Shown here: positions 42,701-51,055 of the stretch, in pieces | Numbering within the stretch: the first letter of the stretch is position 1 | How the letters are laid out: the number at the start of each line of letters is the position of its first letter | NCBI GenBank assembly: GCA_963843845.1 | Contig: CAWJMB010000002.1 | Coordinates: 1,248,001-1,312,000 of the forward strand | Origin: an uncultured Gemmatimonadaceae bacterium | Lineage (GTDB): Bacteria; Gemmatimonadota; Gemmatimonadetes; Gemmatimonadales; Gemmatimonadaceae | Direction of reading: 5' to 3' | DNA length: 64,000 nucleotides | The notes under the pieces: generated by a model | Told to the model about the DNA's origin: nothing | Seen by the model: the letters and a program-made list of their open reading frames with translations, nothing else | Databases searched by the model: none | Made by a program: the position numbers and the translations under genes

Positions 42701-44323
42701 ACGTTGTTCCGCGGTGGCCGCTCGCTGCTCGCCGCGAACGCCGCGCTGCCGCTCGACCTCGCGCTGAGGGAGGTCGCGGATCGGCGACTGACGGCCCCGC
42801 TGAACGGGCGCCTGCGTGCGGACTCGCTCGATCTGGCGCTGCTGGGCGCGCTCGTTCCCGGCACGCAGAACGTCGCCGGGGTCGTACGCGCGACGGCGGA
42901 CCTCGGCGGGACGTGGCAGCGTCCGCAGCTGCTCGGGTCGATCCGGCTGCGCGGCGGGGCGGGGAACGTGACGACGGCCGGCGTGCGCTTCGACAACATC
43001 ACGGCGGACGTCGCGTTCACCGGCGACTCGGTGCGCGTCGACAGCCTCGTCGTGCGCAGCGCGGGCACGGCGCGCCTCGCCGGCTCGGTGGCGATCGCGC
43101 CGATCGACAACCCGTCGTTCGACCTGCGCTTCGACGCGCGCAACTTCCTCGCCGTCGACCGCCCGCGGCTGGCGACGCTCTGGCTGTCGACGCCGACGCC
43201 CGTCACGCTCACCGGCCGCTACCTCGGCGCGACGGTACGCGGTGCGGTGCGGGCCGACCGGGGTCGGATCTACATCCCCGAGCTGATCGAGAAGCGGATC
43301 GTCGACCTGAACGACTACGCCGACGTCGTCGACACGTCGTCGCTCGCCGTCCGGTCGCTGCTCCCCGGCACCCCGAGCCGGTTCGTGGAGAACGTGCGTG
43401 TCGAGGACGTCAGCGTGAGCGTCGGCGACGACGTGTGGCTGCGGTCGCCCGAAGCGAACATCAAACTCGGCGGCTCGCTCGCCGTGACGCGGGCGCGCGC
43501 GACGACGTTGGGCGGCGAATCGCGCGAGCAGCTCGCGCTCCGCGGCTCGCTCGCCGTCGAGCGCGGCACGTATCGACTGAGCCTGCCGCCGATCGCGCAG
43601 CCCATCTTCGAGGTGCAGCCGGGCACCCTGCGCTTCTTCGGCACCGCCGATCTCAACCCGACGCTCGACATCCGCGCCGTCCACACCGTACGGCAGCCGG
43701 GTCGCAACACCAACCGTCCGGACGTGCGGGTGCAGGTCGCGATCGGCGGCACGCTGAACAGCCCGTCGCTCGCGCTGTCGAGCCCCGACGATCCGTCGAT
43801 CGCGACGACGGACCTCATCAGCTACCTCGTCACGGGGGAGCCGGCCGCCGTCATCCTCGGTCAGCAGGGCGCCGGGAGTGGAGCCGAGCAGGCCGTCGCG
43901 TTAGGCCTGCGCCTGGTCGGCAGCTACGCGTCGGGCGCGCTCTCGGCCGGGGGCCCGTTCGACGTCGTGCAGGTCGAGACGGTGTCGTCGAGCGACCCGG
44001 GCAGCACGAGCATTCTCACGAGCGGCCGCTCGATTCTCGAGCGCACGCGACTCGGCGTCGGCGGGCAGCTCGGCGAGAAGACCTTCTACACGGTGAGCGC
44101 GGGCTTCTGCGGACTCGGACTCGGCGGCCAGCAGGACCTCACGCTGTTCCGCCGCGGCCTGGGCTTCAAGATCGAGCACCGGCTCACGCCGACGCTCAGC
44201 GTGCAGGCGAGCTTCGAGCCGGGCTCCGTGAGCCAGGCGTGCAACAACACGAGCTTTCTGTCGAGCGTGCTGCAGACGCCGAAGCAGGGCGGGTTCGACT
44301 TTCTGCGGATCTGGTCATTCTGA
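39731..44323 (+). CDS. tamB: translocation/assembly module TamB family protein
   Basis: 1530 aa, N-terminal TM anchor, beta-rich body, NPTLDIRA...IGGTLNSP...DLISYLVTG (DUF490-like). Confidence 0.85.
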   Translation: MSRRKVVALVSAAFLLAVCVGVVALVVGLTQTGTGQDYVTRLVREQLAPNVSGKLYVGRVSGGFLDGVRIDSVELRGEDDSLFVATGPIRIWYDVRDLIDKRVLLKRVEIERPTIRVAQRENGRWNYKEIFPPKPPRRRSRVRTWGDFIVADSVHVRDGTFQYIQPWRPADSLRGARRDSAIAYNVARRDATIRRRVDGLARTYTWRKIDLALSQLSLAEPDSGRRTAEIARLDVDESDPPFLWRNIRGSARQQGDSLWVTTTHFDLPGSTGTGRARVTWGSGLPTRYDVYVVGDSVSLADVAWVYPTLPRTGGGTMQLHLFNDPRNLRVLQYALSKIDVRTTRSHLTGAMTFGVGGPVLQVKDVAVRAEPIDWALLRVFNGKPFPYDFAGTLTGTIRARGGPVNRFVVDDARLTWVDGNVPGATSQFAGRGQLDILFPAFTVFRGFDLEVQRLDLRTPRALNATFPPLGGTVDGRARLDSLWLDLRVSNADVTHRDGPGEPSRFTGGGRVTIGDDFLRYDLALQAQPVSLTTLARSYPDLVARGTFTGPVTLRGTIDSLLVTTTLTGGAGTFTFDGLVDDYEPSLAVRGRGTFASLDLRSLRGGPAAVPVTQLTGTYESDLRGSSLADLAGRLSLDLARSTFAGTRVYDGTARLAFGDGRVRADSLAIDSPAFRLTARGALGLAAATSDTMRLTVVADSLGGLRRWIGGSPAAPDSLSGSLRLSGTLAGTLDTTATSLGLTLDGRLRGDDLVLRGLRASLLDGTVRVADALRRPFIDAALGADSLAVGRIALGRADATYVTAGGRGPAPGTRDSGRTEGRFTLRAASDSGPSIAVAGSAATSPDTTRVTVDSARLGLAAQHAYRLAAPASVVLATANDAIVLDPFVLRDELGAQLSVRGALGDTGAVSGALVVERLPLVDLARLGGLVGGRGSTQFDGRLDLRAALAGTRADPTIDLGAATRRVEVAGVAIDSLGLTARYAARRLAADVTLFRGGRSLLAANAALPLDLALREVADRRLTAPLNGRLRADSLDLALLGALVPGTQNVAGVVRATADLGGTWQRPQLLGSIRLRGGAGNVTTAGVRFDNITADVAFTGDSVRVDSLVVRSAGTARLAGSVAIAPIDNPSFDLRFDARNFLAVDRPRLATLWLSTPTPVTLTGRYLGATVRGAVRADRGRIYIPELIEKRIVDLNDYADVVDTSSLAVRSLLPGTPSRFVENVRVEDVSVSVGDDVWLRSPEANIKLGGSLAVTRARATTLGGESREQLALRGSLAVERGTYRLSLPPIAQPIFEVQPGTLRFFGTADLNPTLDIRAVHTVRQPGRNTNRPDVRVQVAIGGTLNSPSLALSSPDDPSIATTDLISYLVTGEPAAVILGQQGAGSGAEQAVALGLRLVGSYASGALSAGGPFDVVQVETVSSSDPGSTSILTSGRSILERTRLGVGGQLGEKTFYTVSAGFCGLGLGGQQDLTLFRRGLGFKIEHRLTPTLSVQASFEPGSVSQACNNTSFLSSVLQTPKQGGFDFLRIWSF

Positions 44324-44325
44324 GC

Positions 44326-45231
44326 GTGCCGCTGGTTCGGCGCGCGCTGCTCGTCGTCAATCCGGCGGCGGGGAACGCGGCGGGGCGAGAGGCGCGCGCC
44401 GCGCGGGCGTTCGCCGCCGCCGGCGTCGAGGTGCGCGTCGAGCGGACGGCGCGGCCCGGCCACGCCGGAGAGTTGGCGGCGTCGCTCGCTCCGGACGACG
44501 TGGACGCCGTGTTCACGTTAGGCGGCGACGGCACCGCGATGGAGGTCGTCGGCGCGCTCGCGCACAGCGGTCTGCCGGTCGGCATCCTCCCGGGCGGCAC
44601 CGGGAACCTCATCGCGCGAACGTTAGGCACGCCGCTGGGCACCGCCCGCGCCGTACGGGCGCTGCTGAACGGGGATCGGGCCCGCATCGATCTCGGCGTC
44701 GTGCAGGCCGACGCGGGGCCGCCGCGCTACTTCGCCTTCGCGGCGGGGGTCGGGATCGACGCGCGGATGATCGAGGAGACGCCCGCGGCGCTCAAGCGAA
44801 AGCTCGGGTGGCTCGCCTACGGGCTCACGGCGTCGCGGGCGATGCTGGCGCGCGACCGGTTCGCTGTGCGGGTCGTCGTCGATGGCGAGGAGATCCGGCG
44901 AGACGCGGCGGCGGTCATGATCGTCAACTTCGGCGCAGTGCTCGGCGATCTGTTTCGCTTCGGGCCGGGGATCCGGCACGACGACGGGCGGCTCGATCTC
45001 TGCCTGTTCGCTCCTCAGTCGGTCGGCGACGCGGTGCGGGTCATGTGGCGGCTGATGCGGAAGGACTTCCGCGACGACCGCTGCCTGCTCTACCGCTCCG
45101 GGCGCGAGTTCCGCGTCGAGCCGCTGACACCCAGGGGGGCGCAGGCGGACGGCGAGCTGTTGGGCCGGACGCCGATCACCGTGCGCGTCGAGCCGCTCGC
45201 GGCGACGCTGCTCGTGCCGCACCGCCCGTGA
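44326..45231 (+). CDS. diacylglycerol/lipid kinase family protein (YegS-like)
   Basis: VVNPAAG, GGDGT, ILPGGTGN, DDGRLD, QADGE. Confidence 0.9.
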   Translation: MPLVRRALLVVNPAAGNAAGREARAARAFAAAGVEVRVERTARPGHAGELAASLAPDDVDAVFTLGGDGTAMEVVGALAHSGLPVGILPGGTGNLIARTLGTPLGTARAVRALLNGDRARIDLGVVQADAGPPRYFAFAAGVGIDARMIEETPAALKRKLGWLAYGLTASRAMLARDRFAVRVVVDGEEIRRDAAAVMIVNFGAVLGDLFRFGPGIRHDDGRLDLCLFAPQSVGDAVRVMWRLMRKDFRDDRCLLYRSGREFRVEPLTPRGAQADGELLGRTPITVRVEPLAATLLVPHRP

Positions 45232-45256
45232 CTCGCCCCGCCTCTCTCTCGCCGTC

Positions 45257-47404
45257 ATGCCGTCGATCCTCACCGCCGATCACACTCACGAGCTCGCGGA
45301 GCGCATCCGGACGCTGACGGCGACGTTGGACGCCGTGGTCGCCGGCGCCGCCCTCGGGCGCTCGCTGGACGAGCACGAGATCGTACGCGGGCTGGCGCGC
45401 GTCGCCGCCTGCGTCGTGCCGGCGGACGGGGTGATCGTCGCGCACCCCGATCTGGACGCCGGGGTCGTACACACGTCGGCGCGCGTCGTGCGCGGGTTGT
45501 CCTGCCCCCGCGCCGAGCAACCGTTAGGCACCGGCGCGATCGCGATCGCGGCACGGAGCGGCACGGCGGTCCGCATGAACGACTACGACGCCGATCGTTC
45601 GCTCCTCGCGGCCGAGGATGATGTCGCGGGCGACGCCGGGCCGGCCGGCTCCGTGCTCGCCGTCCCGATGCGCGTCGGGACCGCGCTGCTCGGCGTCGTC
45701 GCCGTCCACGCGGACGCGGCGCACGCGTTCGACGACGGGCACGAGGCGATGCTCCGCGCCGTCGTCGCGCAGGGCGCGACCGCGATCGCGAACGCGCGCC
45801 TGTTCGCCGAGAGCGAAGCCGAGCGCCGGCAGAGCGACGCGCTGGCCGACGTCGCGCGCGCGGCGAGCGCGTCGCTCCGCTTCGGCGATGTCATGCGGCT
45901 CGTGCTGCGCCACACGGTCGCGCTGCTTCGCGCGCGCGGCGCGTGCGTGGCGTTGCAGCGCGACGAGTATCTGCACGTCGTCGCCGGCATCGGCTCGGCG
46001 GGGCGGCTCTCGGGGGTGCACGTGCCGCTCGACGGCACCATGATGGGCGCCACGTTCCGCGAGGGGCGCACGCACATCTCGAACGACGTGGACCGCGACA
46101 GCAGCTTCGAGCGCCGGCTGCGGCAGGTCGCGCCCGCGGACAAGGTGGTGCTCGTGCCGCTCGTGGGCGCGGACGGCCCGATCGGCGTCATCGCCGCGAT
46201 GGACCGCGTCGCCGACTTCACGGAGCGCGACGCGCGCGTGCTGCGCCGGCTCGCCGACCAGGTTGCCGTCGCGATCGTGAACGCGCGGCTGTTCGAGCAG
46301 GTCACGGACGCGACGCGCGAGTGGAAGGTCGCGTTCGACGCGATCGCGGCGGGGATGGTCGTGCTCGACGAGCGGGGGAGCGTACGGCGCTGCAACCAGC
46401 GTGCGGCCGAGCTGACCGGCCACGCGACGCCCAAGGCGCTGCTCGGCGCCGACTTCCGCGACGCGATCGGGCTGACGGATGCGGCGACGGCCGACGCGGG
46501 CGGCGACCGCGTCGACGTCGTCGGCCGCGCGCTCGTGCTGCGCGAGATGGCGCGCGAGACGGTGCACACGAGCCGCGCCGCGCGGTGGCTCGACGTGCTC
46601 GCGGCGCCGCACCCCGACGGCGGCGCCGTCGTCACGTTCGACGACGTCTCGGCGCACCACACGCTGGCCGAGCAGCTCGTGCAGCGCGAGCGCCTGGCGA
46701 CCGTCGGACGGCTCGTGCGGGGGCTCGCGCACGAGGTCGACAACCCGCTCGCGAGCGTGCTGTCGCTCGCCGACCTGCTCGTCGACGAGGCGACACCGCT
46801 GAGCGCGGCCGACGTGCGCGACGCCGCCCGCGCCATCCGCGCCGAGTCGCGCCGCGCGCTGCGGATCATGGAGCGGCTCGACGCGTTCGCCCGACAGCGC
46901 GCACCCGAGCGGACGGCGACCGACATCAACCGTGTCGTGCTCGACGCGCTCGAGCTCCGCCGCCACGCGCTGCGCGTGCAGGACGTCGACCTCGCCGTCG
47001 CGCTCGACTACGAGGCGCCGCTCACGTGGGCGGACGCGGGGCAGCTGCAGCAGGTGTGCGTGCAGGTGCTCGCCGTCGCCGAGCAGTCGCTCGTACGCTC
47101 CGGCGGCGACCGGTGCCTCACCATCGCGACTCGCCGCCGGGAGGCCGCATTCGAGCTGTCGTTCGCCGACAGCGGGCCGGCGCGTGACGACGCGGCGGTG
47201 GAGCGGTTGCTCGATCCGGTCGCGTGGGGCGGCGACGACGACCCCGCGGACGCCGCGAGTCTCGCAGCGGCGAGCGCGATCGTCCGGGAGCACGGCGGCA
47301 CGCTCGACGTGACCCGCCCGCGCGACGGTGGGACGGTCGTCGTGGTACGGCTGCCCTACGTCCCGCCGCCGTCGTCGGCGCTGCTGGCCGCGGTCGCCGA
47401 GTAG
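45257..47404 (+). CDS. GAF-GAF-PAS sensor histidine kinase-like protein with degenerate ATP-binding domain
   Basis: two GAF-like segments ending AIANARLF and AIVNARLF, PAS-like segment, H-box GLAHEVDNPL; N and G2 boxes not conserved. Confidence 0.8.
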   Translation: MPSILTADHTHELAERIRTLTATLDAVVAGAALGRSLDEHEIVRGLARVAACVVPADGVIVAHPDLDAGVVHTSARVVRGLSCPRAEQPLGTGAIAIAARSGTAVRMNDYDADRSLLAAEDDVAGDAGPAGSVLAVPMRVGTALLGVVAVHADAAHAFDDGHEAMLRAVVAQGATAIANARLFAESEAERRQSDALADVARAASASLRFGDVMRLVLRHTVALLRARGACVALQRDEYLHVVAGIGSAGRLSGVHVPLDGTMMGATFREGRTHISNDVDRDSSFERRLRQVAPADKVVLVPLVGADGPIGVIAAMDRVADFTERDARVLRRLADQVAVAIVNARLFEQVTDATREWKVAFDAIAAGMVVLDERGSVRRCNQRAAELTGHATPKALLGADFRDAIGLTDAATADAGGDRVDVVGRALVLREMARETVHTSRAARWLDVLAAPHPDGGAVVTFDDVSAHHTLAEQLVQRERLATVGRLVRGLAHEVDNPLASVLSLADLLVDEATPLSAADVRDAARAIRAESRRALRIMERLDAFARQRAPERTATDINRVVLDALELRRHALRVQDVDLAVALDYEAPLTWADAGQLQQVCVQVLAVAEQSLVRSGGDRCLTIATRRREAAFELSFADSGPARDDAAVERLLDPVAWGGDDDPADAASLAAASAIVREHGGTLDVTRPRDGGTVVVVRLPYVPPPSSALLAAVAE

Positions 47405-47482
47405 CGAGGGCTCGATCCGGAGGGTGGCGAACGCGCGACGCGGGGCTTGCCGAACGCGCGCGGCCGGCGAGGATTCCGTCGC

Positions 47483-48361
47483 ATGACTTCTCCTGCCGCT
47501 CTCGTCGCCGCGCCGTCGTTCGCGCTCGTCCGCTCGCCCGTCGCACCGCTGCACGCCGAGCCGCGCGTGTCGAGCCCGCAAGTCTCGCAGACGCTGTTCG
47601 GCCACGCCACGACGGTGAGCGAATCGCGCGGCGACTGGCACCGCGTCGGCACGTTCGACGGCTACGAGGGGTGGACGCACGCGGGGTACCTCGCCATGCT
47701 CGACGCACGGCCGCAGCTGCCCGGCGTCGCGGTCGGGTCGGCCGAGGCGTCGGGCACGACGAACGGCGCCGGTGCGCCGTTCGACGCCGCGCGCCTCACG
47801 ACCATGCTCGGTGGCGACGCGATTCCGCGCGTGTCGTTAGGCTGCACGGTCCGCGCCGGCGACCGCGCGCTGCGGCTCCCGTTAGGCGCCTGGGTGCACG
47901 GCGCGCAGACGATGCTCGACGGCGAGGCCGTCCCGATGGACGAGCTGGGCGCGCGCTTCCCGGCGGATGGCGATCAGCTCGTGCGCACCGCGTCGCACCG
48001 GTTCGCCGGGACGAGCTATCAGTGGGGCGGCGTGACGCCGTGGGGCGCCGACTGCTCGGGGCTCGTGCAGACGGTGTTCGCGCTGCACGGCCTCTCGCTC
48101 CCGCGCGATGCGTGGCAGCAGGCGGCGGTCGGCAGCGACGCCGGCACGCGCCTCGACGCGCTCCGCGCCGGCGACCTCCTGTTCTTCTCCGACCGCGACG
48201 ACCGCCGCGTCACGCACGTCGGCATCGCGGTGGGTGACGGCCGGATGGCGCATTCCGCGCTGGGGCGCGGGGGGTGGTCGGTCGACGACCTGCTCGACGA
48301 GCACGACGGCTACGCGCGGGCGCTCGCCGGGCGATTTCTGTTCGCGCGGCGCGTTCTGTGA
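47483..48361 (+). CDS. NlpC/P60 (C40) peptidase with SH3-like N-terminus
   Basis: DGYEGW, YQWGGVTPWGADCSGLVQ, LPRDAWQQ, GDLLFF, THVGI. Confidence 0.9.
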   Translation: MTSPAALVAAPSFALVRSPVAPLHAEPRVSSPQVSQTLFGHATTVSESRGDWHRVGTFDGYEGWTHAGYLAMLDARPQLPGVAVGSAEASGTTNGAGAPFDAARLTTMLGGDAIPRVSLGCTVRAGDRALRLPLGAWVHGAQTMLDGEAVPMDELGARFPADGDQLVRTASHRFAGTSYQWGGVTPWGADCSGLVQTVFALHGLSLPRDAWQQAAVGSDAGTRLDALRAGDLLFFSDRDDRRVTHVGIAVGDGRMAHSALGRGGWSVDDLLDEHDGYARALAGRFLFARRVL

Positions 48362-48434
48362 GCGACGACGCCGCAGCGATCGACGCTCGGCCGGCGGGGG
48401 CGCATCGAGGAGCGGGAGTGCGTTAGCTTTGGCC

Positions 48435-49373
48435 ATGGCGTCGCAGGACACAGTCGGCTCGGCAGCAGCATCGTCGCCCGACCGCTCACAGCGTGAGCGG
48501 TCGGGCGTTTGGCTCACGGACGTCATGCTCGTCGGCATGGCATTCATCTGGGGCGTCAACTACGTCGTCGTGAAGTTCGCGACGCGGCACTTCGAGCCGC
48601 TCGTCTTCAACGCCCTGCGCATCGGACTGGCGGCGGTCGTGCTCGGCGCGCTGGCGGTCGCGCTGCGCGAGCACGCGCCGAGTCGTCGCGACGCGCTCGG
48701 CCTCGCGCTGCTCGGCATCATCGGCCACGGCGTCTACCAGGTCTGCTTCGTGGAGGGCGTGGCGCACACGAACGCGGGAACGGCGGCGCTCATCTTCGCG
48801 GCGACGCCGGCGTTCATCGGCGTCGTGGGGCGCATCGTCGGCACCGAGCGTCCGGCACGGCGCGCGTGGGCGGGGATCGCGCTGCAGCTGCTCGGCATGG
48901 CGTGCGTCGTCGCGGGGAGCGCGGCGTCCGCCGGGAGTGCGGTCGGCTCCGCGCTCCTCGGTCCGGCGCTCATTCTCGGCGCGTGCGCGTCGTGGGCGGT
49001 GTACAGCGTGCTGCTCAAGCCGTACGCGGCGCGCGTGCACCCGATCCAGCTCGCGGCGTGGACGCTGGTCGGCGGCGTGGCCGTCTACGCGGTGATCGCG
49101 GTGCCGGGGTTGCTGCGCTTCGACCCGGGGGAGCTCCCGCCGTCCGCGTGGGGCGCCGTGGCGTACAGCGGGATCGGCGCGCTCGTCGTGGCGTACCTGT
49201 TCTACTACCGCGGTGTGCGCGTGCTCGGGCCGGTGAAGACCTCGATGTTCGCCAACCTGCAGCCGATCATCACGCTCGTCGTGGCGTACTTCGCGTTCGG
49301 CGAGGTGCCGGCGCCGATACAGTTCGGCGGCGCGGCGCTCATCACCGGCGGCTTGCTCGTGTCGCGCGGCTGA
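48435..49373 (+). CDS. DMT/EamA family transporter
   Basis: IWGVNYVVVK, about 10 TM helices, FANLQPI, GEVP. Confidence 0.9.
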   Translation: MASQDTVGSAAASSPDRSQRERSGVWLTDVMLVGMAFIWGVNYVVVKFATRHFEPLVFNALRIGLAAVVLGALAVALREHAPSRRDALGLALLGIIGHGVYQVCFVEGVAHTNAGTAALIFAATPAFIGVVGRIVGTERPARRAWAGIALQLLGMACVVAGSAASAGSAVGSALLGPALILGACASWAVYSVLLKPYAARVHPIQLAAWTLVGGVAVYAVIAVPGLLRFDPGELPPSAWGAVAYSGIGALVVAYLFYYRGVRVLGPVKTSMFANLQPIITLVVAYFAFGEVPAPIQFGGAALITGGLLVSRG

Positions 49374-49415
49374 GCGCGCCGAGCGCAGCGGCCTGACGTT
49401 TCCAACCGTTCTCGT

Positions 49416-50105
49416 ATGCGATTGGTTCTGTTCGATCTCGACGGCACACTGCTGCGCGGCCACGGTGCGGGGCGCGAGTCGATGGAGGCCGCGCTCGCCG
49501 AAGCGTTCGGCTCGGCCGGCGATCCGGAGTATCACTACGACGGGAAGACCGACCGGCAGATCGTGCGCGAGACGATGCGCGCCGCCGGCCACGACGACGC
49601 GGCGATCGACGCGCAGCTCGAGGCGGTGATCGCCGGCTACCTGCGCCGCGTGCGGGAGCGCCTGTCGAGCGGCGCGGCGCGCGTGACGCAGCTCGCCGGG
49701 GTGGCGCCGCTGCTCGACGCGCTCGAGCGCCGCGCCGATGTCGTGCTGGGGGTGCTGACCGGCAACGTCGCAGACGGCGCGGCGCTGAAGCTCGAGGCCG
49801 CGGGTATCGACGCCTCGCGCTTCCGCGTGAACGCCTTCGGCTCCGACCACGAGCACCGCCGCCGCCTTCCCGAGATCGCGCAGCAGCGCGCCCGCGACGA
49901 CCTGGGTCTCGATCTCACGGGCGACGCGATCGTCGTCATCGGCGACACGCCGGCCGACATCGACTGCGCGCGCTCGATCGGGGCGCGGACGATCGGAGTC
50001 GCCACCGGCCGATACTCCGTCGCCGAGCTGGCCGAGCACGGGCCGACCGCCGTCGTCGCGGACCTCACCGACACCGACGCCGTGGTCGCGGCGATCCTGT
50101 CGTGA
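49416..50105 (+). CDS. HAD family hydrolase (phosphoglycolate phosphatase-like)
   Basis: LFDLDGTLL, GKTD, LTGN, IGDTPADI. Confidence 0.9.
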   Translation: MRLVLFDLDGTLLRGHGAGRESMEAALAEAFGSAGDPEYHYDGKTDRQIVRETMRAAGHDDAAIDAQLEAVIAGYLRRVRERLSSGAARVTQLAGVAPLLDALERRADVVLGVLTGNVADGAALKLEAAGIDASRFRVNAFGSDHEHRRRLPEIAQQRARDDLGLDLTGDAIVVIGDTPADIDCARSIGARTIGVATGRYSVAELAEHGPTAVVADLTDTDAVVAAILS

Positions 50106-50854
50106 GCGCGGTCCGGGCGCGACACCTCGTCGACGCCGCCCTGGTCGAGGCGAGCGACGATGCGGTCGTCGTGCCGCTCGCCGGACGCACCGATGGGCGC
50201 CTTCCGTACGCCCACGTCGACGGCCTGCTCGTCGGCGCGACGTCGGTGGTCCTCTCGGCCGACGACGGGATGGTCGTCGAGATCGTGTCGGGCGACACGG
50301 CGTTGGGCACGCTCGCGCGCGCCGTCGCCGTGCGGCTGTTCGCGCTCCCCGAGTTCATGCGCAGCCTGCGCGCGTTCGGGTCGTCGCGCACCGGCGTCGG
50401 CGACGCGCACGACCGCTACTTCGCGCCGCTCGTGACGCCGCTCCGCGCCCTCCGCTACGCCCACGAGGAGGCGGTCGTGGCGCAGCCGCACACCGCGTGG
50501 CGGGCCGCGCTGTCGCTCGACGCGGGCAGGATCGCGGCCGAGCTCCGGTCGGCGATCGCGGCACTCGCGGCGTCGCACTGCCCGTCGTCGGCGCCGCACT
50601 GCCGATCGCTCGAAGCCGAGCTGCTCGACGACGCCGAGCCGCTGTTCGCGGCGCTCGATGACGTCGCTCGCGCCGCGCAGCAGCTCGGCGTCGCGCCGGA
50701 CCAGGAGCGGGGGCGGGCGTGGCGGGCGTGGTGCCGCGCCGTGACGTCGGCCATCGCAGCGGCGGACCGGGCGTGGGTCACCTCGGCGCGAGCCCTCGCC
50801 GAGGTGCCGGCGCCCCGGCCGCGCGGGTGGCGACGGCTGCTATCCCGCCGCTAG
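50102..50854 (+). CDS. hypothetical protein
   Basis: 250-aa ORF overlapping the HAD stop (GTGA), plausible composition. Confidence 0.6.
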   Translation: MSAVRARHLVDAALVEASDDAVVVPLAGRTDGRLPYAHVDGLLVGATSVVLSADDGMVVEIVSGDTALGTLARAVAVRLFALPEFMRSLRAFGSSRTGVGDAHDRYFAPLVTPLRALRYAHEEAVVAQPHTAWRAALSLDAGRIAAELRSAIAALAASHCPSSAPHCRSLEAELLDDAEPLFAALDDVARAAQQLGVAPDQERGRAWRAWCRAVTSAIAAADRAWVTSARALAEVPAPRPRGWRRLLSRR

Positions 50855-50877
50855 GCGCTCGCCGAGCCGCCTGTCGC

Positions 50878-51039
50878 TCACGTCTTCGCCCAGTCGCCGC
50901 CCTCCCGGGCGTCGGCGTCGCCGCATCCACATCCGGTGTCGCACAGCGCCGCTCTGGTCGGCCGCAGCGTCATCCACACGCGCCGCCCCACGTACGTCGC
51001 GCATGCCGCGACGATCAGCGCGACGATCAGTGTCTGCAT
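50878..51039 (-). CDS. FeoB-associated Cys-rich small membrane protein (53 aa, absent from the ORF track)
   Basis: RBS GGAGGAG; MQTLIVALIVAACATYVGRRVWMTLRPTRAALCDTGCGCGDADAREGGDWAKT*; directly downstream of feoB. Confidence 0.8.
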   Translation of the reverse strand: MQTLIVALIVAACATYVGRRVWMTLRPTRAALCDTGCGCGDADAREGGDWAKT

Positions 51040-51055
51040 CATGGTCTCCTCCGGG

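Noticed and set aside
40162..44325. 1689-aa ORF suggesting a giant lipid-kinase fusion
   Set aside because: The first ~1390 aa are an Arg/Ala-rich off-frame shadow of tamB; only 44326..45231 is a real gene
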